64,000 nt of DNA from Salinivirgaceae bacterium (GCA_017527435.1 JAFXQB010000005.1:165322-229321); one strand, 5' to 3'; shown: positions 20,143 to 28,534, counted from the stretch's first letter. The notes: a model not told the origin generated them from the sequence alone. A program made the numbers and translations.

Positions 20143-20682
20143 TTAATAATGTTTTATAGTTGCACTTTCGTTTATATACCGCTTGAATTTCAATCCAAAT
20201 TTACTCAAATAGTATTCTGCTTCGTAAAGGCTGCTGTCTTTTCGCCGCTCAATGGTGCGAACCAAGGCTGGTTGCGTGCCGCGGTCGATTCGGAAATCCA
20301 TCAGCTCCGAAGCCACATGTGAGCCTTTCCAAACCGGCACAATATGCTGATTTTTATATATTTGGTAGATAAAAATCCGACGGTCCATTTGCTTCCAATA
20401 GTATGTCTCCTTAATCACGCCAACCGCCACCTCGGGCAGGCTGTCGCCGTCCAAATCGCCGTACGAGAACCTATAAACGGGCCACGGCAGCCGCTGGCTT
20501 GCAACAATCTCGCCGTCGCGCGAAAAGCGGATATAACTCAGTGTGTCGTTCTTACGGTCGAGCCAGACCGTTCCGCCGCAACATTCGAAGGCCTCCTTTT
20601 CAGGTTCCGTGCACGAAGCAAAAGCACCCGCAAGCACAACGGCCAAAATGACACATAGGATTCTGCGTTTATTGCTGTTCAT
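20143..20682 (-). CDS. Hypothetical lipoprotein with one FG-GAP/VCBS-like motif
   Basis: I chose ATG 20682 (MNSNKRRILCVILAVVLAGAFASCTEPE, lipobox). The track start 20754 would read through the REP palindrome. The motif YGDLDGDSLPEVAVGV is present. Its stop lies 3 nt before the start of the next gene, so probably an operon. Confidence 0.6.
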   Translation of the reverse strand: MNSNKRRILCVILAVVLAGAFASCTEPEKEAFECCGGTVWLDRKNDTLSYIRFSRDGEIVASQRLPWPVYRFSYGDLDGDSLPEVAVGVIKETYYWKQMDRRIFIYQIYKNQHIVPVWKGSHVASELMDFRIDRGTQPALVRTIERRKDSSLYEAEYYLSKFGLKFKRYINESATIKHY

Positions 20683-20723
20683 TGTTAATGGTTTGTTTAT
20701 TACAAATATAAAGGATTTTGTGA

Positions 20724-20768
20724 TTGTTGAGACGGGGGTGTAGAGACGTGCCATGGCGCGTCTCTACA
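20724..20768. repeat. REP copy (left flank of the RAYT): half-site GTTGAGACG plus a 30-bp palindrome
   Basis: GTTGAGACG sits at 20726-20734, followed by TGTAGAGACGTGCCATGGCGCGTCTCTACA at 20739-20768. The latter is a near-perfect palindrome centred on CCATGG. Confidence 0.9.
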
Positions 20769-20843
20769 ATGGAATATGCAGAAACATTTGCGATTATCAA
20801 TCATAAAACATATATTCGTATCAAAATCAGAATTTTACACATT

Positions 20844-21413
20844 ATGTCCACCGAATTGTTTCATAATAAATATCGTGTTCCGTCGGCCCGAGCAGAATGG
20901 CACGATTACAGCGGTGGTGAATATTTTGTAACCATTTGCACAGGCGGCCGCGAACATTGGTTTGGCGAAATTTCAAATGGTGAAATGAATTTATCGGTTA
21001 TCGGGAAATATGCCGATGAATGCATTGTGAAAATGTCAACATTGCACAACGACATAACCGTGCCATTATGGGTGGTTATGCCCAACCATATACATTTGAT
21101 TGTAATTGTCAAATCAACGTCCGCAGATACGCCGCGTTGTGTAGAGACGCCATATTATGACGTCTCTACAATGGAACGTGCGAAAAACGAAAAAATGCAG
21201 GCCATTGCCAATGATTGCGGACGTTTATCACATATTATTTCACGATTTAAAACCGCCGTAACAAAATTCGCCCACGAAAACGCCATTCCATTTTCGTGGC
21301 AACCGCGTTTTCATGACCGCATTATTCGCAATCAGGACGAAATGAACGGCATTGCAGAATATATTGAAGGCAACGTGGCCAAATGGGAATCGGACGAATT
21401 TTATAATTCGTGA
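20844..21413 (+). CDS. REP-associated tyrosine transposase (RAYT; IS200/IS605-like Y1 HUH enzyme)
   Basis: 189 aa from ATG 20844. It has an N-terminal YRVPSARAEWHDYSGGEYFVTICT, the HUH motif MPNHIHLIV, a C-terminal FSWQPRFHDRIIRNQDEMNGIAEYIEGNVAKW with the candidate catalytic Tyr, and flanking REPs. Confidence 0.85.
   Translation: MSTELFHNKYRVPSARAEWHDYSGGEYFVTICTGGREHWFGEISNGEMNLSVIGKYADECIVKMSTLHNDITVPLWVVMPNHIHLIVIVKSTSADTPRCVETPYYDVSTMERAKNEKMQAIANDCGRLSHIISRFKTAVTKFAHENAIPFSWQPRFHDRIIRNQDEMNGIAEYIEGNVAKWESDEFYNS
21126..21170. repeat. REP copy embedded in-frame in the RAYT CDS
   Basis: gatacgccgcgttgTGTAGAGACGccatattatgaCGTCTCTACA. The left part matches the right-flank copy (gagacgccgcgttgtgtagagacg). 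The right end (ctctacaatgg) matches the left-flank copy. It translates as DTPRCVETPYYDVST between the HUH and Tyr motifs. Confidence 0.88.
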
Positions 21414-21462
21414 TTTGTTGAGACGCCGCGTTGTGTAGAGACGCGCCATGGCACGTCTCTAC
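21414..21462. repeat. REP copy (right flank of the RAYT)
   Basis: GTTGAGACG sits at 21417-21425, followed by TGTAGAGACGCGCCATGGCACGTCTCTAC at 21434-21462. It starts right after the RAYT stop codon (21411-21413). Confidence 0.9.
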
Positions 21463-21627
21463 GAAGGGTACCAATATTATGTATTTTCCCATTTCCAAAA
21501 AAATTTCCCCTTCCCTATGCAACAATCTTAATATTAAATCCATACCTTTAAACAAAAGTTTGTCGGCCTTGTTCGCGCAAGCGCCGCGATTTTGACATTG
21601 TTTTATAAATTCTTAATTATCAGAATT

Positions 21628-23805
21628 ATGGAAAAATTGATTTACATTGTTCTGGCGGCTTCGGTGGTGGCGTTGAGTTTCGCCTACCTGTTCTTCCGTC
21701 AGATGATGAAGGAAAGTGAAGGCACCGACCTGATGAAACAGATTGCGGCTCACGTGCGCAAGGGCGCGATGGCCTATCTGAAACAGCAGTACAAGGTGGT
21801 GATTATCGTCTTTGTGGTGCTGGCCGCCATTTTCACCGTGATGGCCTTCTTCGGATTGCAGAACAGTTGGGTTCCGTTTGCGTTCCTGACGGGCGGCTTC
21901 TTCTCGGGCCTGGCGGGTTTCTTCGGAATGAAGACGGCTACTTACGCTTCGGCGCGCACGGCCAATGCGGCTCGGCAGACGCTCAACAGCGGCCTACAGG
22001 TTGCGTTCCGCTCGGGCGCCGTTATGGGCCTGACGGTTGTTGGTCTGGCACTGCTCGATGTCTCGGTGTGGTTCCTGGTTCTCGACCACTTCATTCCTAC
22101 TGAAAATCACCTGATTATAATCACCACAACAATGCTGACCTTTGGTATGGGTGCTTCCACACAGGCGCTGTTCGCTCGTGTGGGCGGCGGTATCTACACA
22201 AAGGCTGCCGATGTGGGCGCTGACCTTGTCGGGAAAACCGAATACAACATTCCTGAAGACGACCCGCGCAACCCCGCCACCATTGCCGACAATGTGGGCG
22301 ACAACGTGGGCGACGTGGCTGGTATGGGCGCCGACCTGTACGAGTCGTACGCAGGCTCGATTCTGGCCACAATGGCGCTGGGCGCTTCGGCGTTTGCCGC
22401 TTCAGCCGCCGACCTGCAACTGAAGGCCGTGCTGGCGCCGTCGATGATTGCGGCTGTGGGCGTGGCTCTGTCCATTCTGGGCATTTTCCTTGTCAAGACC
22501 AAGGAAGGCGCTGGAATGAAGCAACTGCTTTCGGCCCTGAGCCGCGGAACAAACACCGCCGCAGTGCTTATCGCGATAGCAACATTCGCCATTCTCTGGG
22601 CTCTGGGAATCGAGAACTGGCTTGGCATTTCGTTCTCGGTGGTTGTGGGCCTGCTGGCTGGCGTAATTATCGGTAAATCAACTGAATACTACACTTCGCA
22701 AACCTATAAGCCGACGCAGAAGGTGGCCGAAAGTTCGCAGACGGGCCCCGCAACGGTTATCATTTCGGGCCTTGGTTTGGGAATGATTTCGACAGCCATT
22801 CCTGTTGTGACGGTGGGCGCGGCTATCGTGCTCTCGTATCTGTGCGCCAACGGTTTCCACGTTGAGTTCACGGCCGCCAACCTGTCGATGGGCCTTTACG
22901 GAATCGGCATTGCTGCTGTGGGAATGCTCTCGACACTGGGCATTACCTTGGCCACCGACGCCTACGGCCCGATTGCCGACAACGCTGGCGGCAACGCTGA
23001 AATGAGCGGTCTGGAACCTGAAGTCCGTAAGCGCACCGACGCTCTCGACGCTCTGGGCAACACCACCGCCGCCACAGGCAAGGGATTCGCCATTGGCTCG
23101 GCCGCACTCACGGCTCTGGCGCTGCTGGCTTCGTATGTCGAAGAGATTAAGATGGCGCTTATCCGTATGGGCGAAGCGCTGCCCAACGGCGTTGAAGCCG
23201 CAAAGGCCACGCTGGTCGATTTTATGGAAGCCTACAACGTGAACCTGATGAACCCGATTGTGCTGGTGGGCGTTTTCATTGGCGCAATGATGGCGTTCCT
23301 GTTCTGCGGCCTGACGATGAACGCCGTGGGACGCGCCGCGCAGAAGATGGTTGAAGAAGTGCGCCGTCAGTTCAGCACCATTAAGGGCATTCTGGAAGGC
23401 AAGGCCGACCCCGACTACGCTCGCTGCGTTGAGATTTCGACCAAAGGCGCACAGCACGAGATGTTGTTCCCGTCGCTGCTGGCAATCATTGTTCCGATAG
23501 TTGTCGGCGTGGTTCTTGGCGTGGGCGGCGTTCTTGGCCTGCTCATTGGCGGCCTGGGCTGCGGATTTGTTCTGGCTGTGTTTATGGCCAACGCAGGCGG
23601 TGCCTGGGACAACGCGAAGAAGTATGTCGAAGAAGGCAACTTCGGCGGCAAGGGCTCTGACTGCCACAAGGCTACCGTGGTTGGCGACACCGTTGGCGAC
23701 CCGTTCAAAGACACTTCGGGCCCGTCACTCAACATTCTTATCAAACTGATGAGTATGGTCTCAATCGTTATGGCTGGCCTGACGGCGGCGTTTACGCTGT
23801 TCTAA
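21628..23805 (+). CDS. hppA: Membrane-integral pyrophosphatase, K+-dependent subfamily (Na+ and/or H+ pumping)
   Basis: 725 aa from ATG 21628; the track start 21592 is an upstream TTG. Motifs GGIYTKAADVGADLVGK, DNVGDNVGD and DTVGDPFKDTSGPSLN are present. GNTTAATGKG carries Ala in GNTTAA, which marks the K+-dependent clade. Many TM helices. Confidence 0.95.
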   Translation: MEKLIYIVLAASVVALSFAYLFFRQMMKESEGTDLMKQIAAHVRKGAMAYLKQQYKVVIIVFVVLAAIFTVMAFFGLQNSWVPFAFLTGGFFSGLAGFFGMKTATYASARTANAARQTLNSGLQVAFRSGAVMGLTVVGLALLDVSVWFLVLDHFIPTENHLIIITTTMLTFGMGASTQALFARVGGGIYTKAADVGADLVGKTEYNIPEDDPRNPATIADNVGDNVGDVAGMGADLYESYAGSILATMALGASAFAASAADLQLKAVLAPSMIAAVGVALSILGIFLVKTKEGAGMKQLLSALSRGTNTAAVLIAIATFAILWALGIENWLGISFSVVVGLLAGVIIGKSTEYYTSQTYKPTQKVAESSQTGPATVIISGLGLGMISTAIPVVTVGAAIVLSYLCANGFHVEFTAANLSMGLYGIGIAAVGMLSTLGITLATDAYGPIADNAGGNAEMSGLEPEVRKRTDALDALGNTTAATGKGFAIGSAALTALALLASYVEEIKMALIRMGEALPNGVEAAKATLVDFMEAYNVNLMNPIVLVGVFIGAMMAFLFCGLTMNAVGRAAQKMVEEVRRQFSTIKGILEGKADPDYARCVEISTKGAQHEMLFPSLLAIIVPIVVGVVLGVGGVLGLLIGGLGCGFVLAVFMANAGGAWDNAKKYVEEGNFGGKGSDCHKATVVGDTVGDPFKDTSGPSLNILIKLMSMVSIVMAGLTAAFTLF

Positions 23806-23870
23806 AGACTAAAGACAACAGACTTCAGACTACAGAACGCTTTCTGTGGCCAATCTGAATAATCTAAAAA
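23805..23870 (+). repeat. Intergenic direct repeat, copy 1
   Basis: aagactaaagacaacagacttcagactacagaacgctttctgtggccaatctgaataatctaaaaa. By my hand alignment it is about four-fifths identical to copy 2. Confidence 0.8.
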
Positions 23871-23902
23871 CGCTCTGGCGGATGACGCTGGGGCGTTTTT
23901 TA
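23866..23902 (+). terminator. Rho-independent terminator of hppA
   Basis: cgctctggcg-gatga-cgctggggcg (23871-23895) forms a 10-bp stem including G:U pairs, followed by TTTTTT. Confidence 0.7.
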
Positions 23903-23927
23903 TTTATTGATTGACTGAATATGGTTG

Positions 23928-23992
23928 AAGACTACGGACAACAGACTTCTGACCACGGACGCTTTTAGCGCTTAATCTGGATAAACTAAAAA
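23928..23992 (+). repeat. Intergenic direct repeat, copy 2
   Basis: aagactacggacaacagacttctgaccacggacgcttttagcgcttaatctggataaactaaaaa. Confidence 0.8.
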
Positions 23993-24145
23993 TGATGGTG
24001 TTTATTCACTCATTAAAGAATTAGTTTAATTGATTCGGAAGAATTGGTTGATTGATATATTGGTATAATAAATGCTTTCAAAATTTTTCGCAAGGCGGCC
24101 ATAATTTCAGAAGTTACCTTACTTTTACTACGTTGTAAAAACGCT

Positions 24146-24763
24146 ATGGCAAACAGGATTTTCAACTGCATATCAATCATTCTGCATCCGGTGTTCACAG
24201 TCACATTGGGCATGATAATCATCATCAGTGTGCTGCTGCCGGGCTCTTTGTCTAGCCAATGGATACTTCTGGCTTTCTGCGCCGGCTATTCCATTCTGAT
24301 GCCGCTGGCTTTCATCGGGTTCGCGCGCGTTCTGGGCTATGTCGACAATCTGCGTATGCGAAGCAAGCGCTCGCGTGTCTTTGCGCTGGTTGTGAACGCT
24401 ATCAGCATTTACGCCTTCGGGCACTTGCTGGCCAACTGGCACGCACCATCGGTGATGCAGATATTTGTGATGGGCGTGTCCATAACGCTGGTTTTTGCCG
24501 CCTTGATGGCTTTTTTCACTCGCATCAGCCTTCACGCCATTGGTTGGGGCGGACTGACGGCGCTGGTGTCGTTCCTGACGTTCTCGCATCCGTGGATTTC
24601 GCCGCTGCTGGCCGTCGTTGTGCTGCTGGCCGGTCTGGCCGGAACGGCTCGCATCTATCTCGATGAGCACAAGCCGTGGCAGGTTTATGCGGGATATGCC
24701 ATTGGATTTTTCTTCATCTGGATTGCTTTTGTAATTATTCCTGTATTCGGACCACATTCATAA
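24146..24763 (+). CDS. Polytopic membrane protein, possibly a degenerate PAP2-like phosphatase
   Basis: 205 aa with about 6 TM helices. ISLHAIGWGG and TARIYLDEHKPWQVYAGY loosely resemble PAP2 motifs 2 and 3 (PSGH; SRxxxxxHxxxD). No clear motif 1. Weak call. Confidence 0.45.
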   Translation: MANRIFNCISIILHPVFTVTLGMIIIISVLLPGSLSSQWILLAFCAGYSILMPLAFIGFARVLGYVDNLRMRSKRSRVFALVVNAISIYAFGHLLANWHAPSVMQIFVMGVSITLVFAALMAFFTRISLHAIGWGGLTALVSFLTFSHPWISPLLAVVVLLAGLAGTARIYLDEHKPWQVYAGYAIGFFFIWIAFVIIPVFGPHS

Positions 24764-24773
24764 TCAGTTCATT

Positions 24774-26948
24774 ATGGTAAAGAAATCACAATCGGCCAAA
24801 AAGGCGAAGGCGAAGAAGCCGGCCGGCGACAACAAAAAAACGCTCAAAAACCGTATTCTTTCAACTTTCAATCAGAACGATGGCAGACTGCTCAACTACA
24901 AGCAGTTGTCGAAGTTGATGGGCATTGCCGACGACGAGACGCGCAAACTGCTCAACACCTGTCTGAACGAGCTGGCGGCCGATGGCGACCTTGACGAACC
25001 GTCGCGCGGGAAATTCCGCATGACGCAGAAATCGGCCTACGTGACTGGCACTGTTGACCTGACATCGAGCGGCGCGGCGTTTGTGGTTTCCGATGAGTTT
25101 GAAGGCGACATCTACATTTCGGCAAGCAACCTGCACCACGCCCTGAACGGCGACACGGTGAAGGTTTTCATCTATGCCGACCGCAGCCGCAAGCACGTTG
25201 AAGGCGAAGTGATTGAGATTATCAAGCGCAAGCGCGAACTGTTTGTGGGCATTGTCGAGACATCGAAACACTTTGCATTCCTGGTGCCCGACCGCACGCA
25301 GATGCCGTTCGACATCTTCATCCCGCTGGACAAGATGAAGGGCGCGCAACGCGGACAGAAAGCCACCGCACGCATTGTGGAATGGACCGAGAAACAGAAA
25401 AACCCGATTGGCGAGATTGTCGAAGTGCTGGGCAACGTGGGCGAGAACAACACCGAGATGCACGCCATTTTGGCCGAATACGGGCTGCCCTACCGCTTCC
25501 CGAAACGCGTTGAAGACGCCGCCGCCGAAGTGGATGAGCAGATTTCGGAAGATGAGATTGCCCGCCGACGCGATTTCCGTCAGGTGACAACTTTCACCAT
25601 CGACCCTGCCGACGCAAAGGATTTCGACGATGCCATATCGTTCCGCCAACTGGACGACGACCGCTATGAAGTGGGTGTCCACATTGCCGACGTCACCTTC
25701 TACGTGCGCCCCAACACGGCTTTGGAAAAAGAAGCCTATCAGCGTGCCACATCGGTCTATCTGGTTGACCGCACGGTGCCCATGCTGCCCGAGAAACTCT
25801 CGAACAAGGTCTGCTCGCTGCGCCCCAACGAAGAGAAACTCTGCTTCTCGGCCGTGTTTGAACTCGATGCCGACGCCAATGTTCTCACGCAATGGTTCGG
25901 CCGCACGGTCATCTGTTCCGACCACAGGTTTGCATACGAAGACGCGCAGCAGGTGATTGAGACCAAGGAAGGCCCGCTGGCCGAAGAGTTGCTGACGCTC
26001 AACGGCCTGGCACAGAAACTTCGCGAAAAGCGCTTTGCCGCAGGCGCCATATCGTTCGAGCGCAGCGAAGTGAAATTCCAACTCGACGAAGAAGCGCGCC
26101 CCATCGGCGTCTATCTGAAAGAGCAGAAGGAAGCCAACCAACTCATTGAAGAGTTCATGCTGCTGGCCAACCGCAAGGTGGCCAAGTTTGTGGGCAAACC
26201 CGATGCGGGCAAGCCGAAGCGCACGTTCGTCTATCGAATCCACGGCGAGCCCAACAGCGACAAACTGACGGCTTTTGCGCAGTTTATCAAGCGGTTCGGC
26301 TATCAGATACAAACCAAATCGAAAAAGAAGATTGCAAGTTCGATGAACGCGCTGCTGTCAGATGTCAACGGCAAAACAGAGCAGACGGTGGTTGAGACGC
26401 TGGCTATCCGCACCATGGCGCGCGCCGAATATTCCACCAAGAACATCGGGCACTACGGCCTGGCGTTCGACTATTACACACATTTCACATCGCCCATCCG
26501 CCGCTACCCCGACATGATGGTGCACCGCCTGCTGGCGCACTATCTGGAGAACGGCAAGAGCGTGCCCGCCGAAACCTACGAGCAGATGTGCAAGCACTCG
26601 TCGGAGATGGAGCAACTGGCCACAAGCGCCGAGCGCGCATCGATAAAATACAAGCAGGTTGAGTTTATGAAGGACAACGTGGGCAAGATTTTCGACGGTG
26701 TGATTTCGGGCGTTACGCAGTGGGGCATCTACGTGGAACTGAACGACAGCAAGTGCGAAGGCATGGTCTCGGTGCGCTCGCTGACCGACGATTTCTACGA
26801 GTACGACGAAGCCGAATTTGCCGTCATCGGCCACCGCACAAAACGCCGCTACACCATGGGCGACAAAGTCTCGGTGCGCGTTGTAGCCGCCAACATGGAG
26901 AAGAAGCAACTCGATTTTGAGATGGTGCGGATGGAAGTGCCGTTTTAA
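24774..26948 (+). CDS. rnr: Ribonuclease R
   Basis: 724 aa. It has a basic N-terminus, cold-shock/OB region, RNB domain (TIDPADAKDFDDAIS, HIADV, SLRPNEEKL, HFTSPIRRYPD) and a C-terminal S1 domain (FDGVISGVTQWGIYVEL). Confidence 0.95.
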   Translation: MVKKSQSAKKAKAKKPAGDNKKTLKNRILSTFNQNDGRLLNYKQLSKLMGIADDETRKLLNTCLNELAADGDLDEPSRGKFRMTQKSAYVTGTVDLTSSGAAFVVSDEFEGDIYISASNLHHALNGDTVKVFIYADRSRKHVEGEVIEIIKRKRELFVGIVETSKHFAFLVPDRTQMPFDIFIPLDKMKGAQRGQKATARIVEWTEKQKNPIGEIVEVLGNVGENNTEMHAILAEYGLPYRFPKRVEDAAAEVDEQISEDEIARRRDFRQVTTFTIDPADAKDFDDAISFRQLDDDRYEVGVHIADVTFYVRPNTALEKEAYQRATSVYLVDRTVPMLPEKLSNKVCSLRPNEEKLCFSAVFELDADANVLTQWFGRTVICSDHRFAYEDAQQVIETKEGPLAEELLTLNGLAQKLREKRFAAGAISFERSEVKFQLDEEARPIGVYLKEQKEANQLIEEFMLLANRKVAKFVGKPDAGKPKRTFVYRIHGEPNSDKLTAFAQFIKRFGYQIQTKSKKKIASSMNALLSDVNGKTEQTVVETLAIRTMARAEYSTKNIGHYGLAFDYYTHFTSPIRRYPDMMVHRLLAHYLENGKSVPAETYEQMCKHSSEMEQLATSAERASIKYKQVEFMKDNVGKIFDGVISGVTQWGIYVELNDSKCEGMVSVRSLTDDFYEYDEAEFAVIGHRTKRRYTMGDKVSVRVVAANMEKKQLDFEMVRMEVPF

Positions 26949-26959
26949 AATTGTGTGAT

Positions 26960-27673
26960 ATGACCGATTATTTTGAAAACCAGCACAGCAGCGGGGCAAG
27001 CCGTTTCGGCAGAATGGAAATCCACTCGTGCCCCGAGCTCATTGAGCGTGTCGGCCAGCTGGGGTTTCTGCCGTTGCTCGACAGCGGTATCAGCGGTTTC
27101 TGCGCCGAGGGGCTGATGGCCGAGGAGTGCCGTTTTGTGCAGTTCGACGACGGCAGCTGGGAGTGGCCGCTCTGGACGTGGAAAAGCTCGGTGATAAAGA
27201 ACGGCGGATGCGTTTATGGCAAGTTTTTCGCCGGAAAGGCTGGGTTTATCAGCCTTGACTGGTGGCCCGACTTCTACAACTGGCGGCGCAGCCAGACACC
27301 CGTTTTGGAAGAAGGCGGCATTGAGGAAGCCATTGTGGCCACCCTGCAGATGAACGGCAGCATGATAACACGCGAGCTTCGGGCAGCCTGCGGGTTCACC
27401 GGACCGAAAATGCGCAGCAAGTTCGACGCCTTTGTCACCCGCCTGCAAATGGCCTGCTACATTGTTACCGAAGATTTTGTCTATCCCACCGACAAGCACG
27501 GACACGAGTACGGCTTCGGCTGGGCACTGCTCACCACACCCGAGCGGCAGCTGGGCCGCACCGCCTGCCAATGCAACCGCACGCCCCAAGAATCGCTCGA
27601 CCGACTCACGGCACACTTCCACAGCATACTGCCCGAAGCAACGGAAAAACAGATTCTTAAACTACTGAAGTGA
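26960..27673 (+). CDS. Hypothetical cytoplasmic protein (possibly winged-helix, AlkZ/YcaQ-related)
   Basis: About 237 aa from ATG 26960; the track start 26951 is TTG. Codon bias supports coding. The family suggestion comes from memory of similar roughly 230-aa Bacteroidales proteins and is unverified. Confidence 0.5.
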   Translation: MTDYFENQHSSGASRFGRMEIHSCPELIERVGQLGFLPLLDSGISGFCAEGLMAEECRFVQFDDGSWEWPLWTWKSSVIKNGGCVYGKFFAGKAGFISLDWWPDFYNWRRSQTPVLEEGGIEEAIVATLQMNGSMITRELRAACGFTGPKMRSKFDAFVTRLQMACYIVTEDFVYPTDKHGHEYGFGWALLTTPERQLGRTACQCNRTPQESLDRLTAHFHSILPEATEKQILKLLK

Positions 27674-27707
27674 TGCCGGGCGGTGGAGTAATCCGCCACA
27701 CTACTCG

Positions 27708-27925
27708 CGCAACCATTTCAACTTCCGCAGCGTCTGCATAATAGTGCGAAAAGTTTTTTAACTTTGGCAAATGGCGTTTAGTAAAACGTGCTATACGTGC
27801 GTTTTAACGATGAAGTAAAACGAAACATTGTATTGTCTCGATTCAAGAATTTGACAGGAGAAAATTTTTATAATGTGTTTGAAACTATGGTAAAAGAGAC
27901 GTTAAAAAATAATCATGAATTATGC
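27708..27925 (+). repeat. Conserved promoter plus 5' leader block, copy A (homologous to 41433..41650)
   Basis: cgcaaccatttcaacttccgcagcgtctgcataatagtgcgaaaagttttttaactttggcaaatggcgtttagtaaaac aligns with 41433-41506. Patchier similarity continues to taatcatgaatta. Confidence 0.75.
27759..27766 (+). promoter_or_regulatory. Bacteroides-type -7 box TAACTTTG
   Basis: It is an exact match to the TAnnTTTG consensus. It sits in the palindrome AAAGTT-tttt-AACTTT and is conserved in copy B. No convincing -33 TTTG. Confidence 0.5.
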
Positions 27926-28410
27926 AATCAGCATCTAAAAAATTCAAAAATAAAACCGAATATTATCGGGAGTTTATATGTTGGTTGTTACTTCTAATTG
28001 TTTTTGTTGTTGGAACAATAGATACTTTGATAACACCAGAACAAGAGTTTGTTGATTTTTTTCTTAACCGAGATTTAATCGGCGGTGCTCACCAAAGAAG
28101 AAATATTTTGATAGAGAAGTTTATCGTAAGCCATTGGGGCAGAACAGGAATGCAAGTGGTGATTGCTGTTGGAATCATTCTGCTAATCAATAAAATTCGT
28201 GACAATATTTGTGCGTACCGCCGACTATTATTCCGAGAAAAACTAATCCGCGAAGGCTTGCGCGCCCCCGATGATTATGTGGATGATTACGTACGAATTC
28301 CATTATGGAAGAAGGTTGCCAACCTGTTTACCAAAAAACGGAAAAAGAAATACCCTTCGGAGCGAGAAATGCGTGATTCGCTAAAGAAGAACAAATACTA
28401 TAAGGAGTAG
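27922..28410 (+). CDS. Hypothetical small membrane protein (2 predicted TM helices, Lys-rich tail)
   Basis: 162-aa ATG ORF in a strongly AT-rich segment. TM segments are FICWLLLLIVFVVGTI and MQVVIAVGIILLI. No family recognised. Confidence 0.5.
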   Translation: MQSASKKFKNKTEYYREFICWLLLLIVFVVGTIDTLITPEQEFVDFFLNRDLIGGAHQRRNILIEKFIVSHWGRTGMQVVIAVGIILLINKIRDNICAYRRLLFREKLIREGLRAPDDYVDDYVRIPLWKKVANLFTKKRKKKYPSEREMRDSLKKNKYYKE

Positions 28411-28440
28411 GGCAAATCGGCAGTCAATCAGTGTGATAAA

Positions 28441-28534
28441 ATCTGCGAACCCCGATAATTATCGGGGCCGTTAAATCTGCGTTCCCGATAGTTATCGGGA
28501 CTGCGTTCAAAAAAATCTGTGCGAAAATAAAACG
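28441..28534 (+). repeat. Tandem atctgcg-plus-CCCGATA hairpin units followed by the tctgcgttcaaaaaa motif
   Basis: Unit 1 is atctgcgaa + CCCCGATAATTATCGGGG (28450-28467, a perfect 18-bp palindrome). Unit 2 is atctgcgt + TCCCGATAgtTATCGGGA (28483-28500). They are followed by ctgcgttcaaaaaaatctgtgcgaaaataaaacg. Related copies occur at 43141-43198 and 43917-43950. Confidence 0.8.

Larger units (their letters stand above)
20724..21463 (+). mobile_element. RAYT locus: HUH/Y1 transposase bracketed by REP palindromes
   Basis: The gene 20844..21413 is flanked by the composite repeats 20724-20768 and 21414-21462 in the same orientation. A third copy lies inside the gene. See the individual features. 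Confidence 0.8.

Noticed and set aside
22678-23667. 329-aa minus-strand ORF
   Set aside because: It is antisense to hppA.
24861-26312. 483-aa minus-strand ORF
   Set aside because: It is antisense to rnr (RNase R) and has no recognisable motifs.
27788-27997. 69-aa ORF (GTG start) in the conserved leader of the first island
   Set aside because: It overlaps the start of the 162-aa ORF and lies in the region homologous to the non-coding leader of the second island. It is more likely leader or uORF sequence than a stand-alone gene, and it is kept only as part of the leader finding.
28441-28500. Possible CRISPR-like array (repeated palindromes with spacers)
   Set aside because: There are only two units, the spacers are about 15 nt and part of the repeated unit itself, and no cas genes are present. 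It is a tandem duplication of a short hairpin module.
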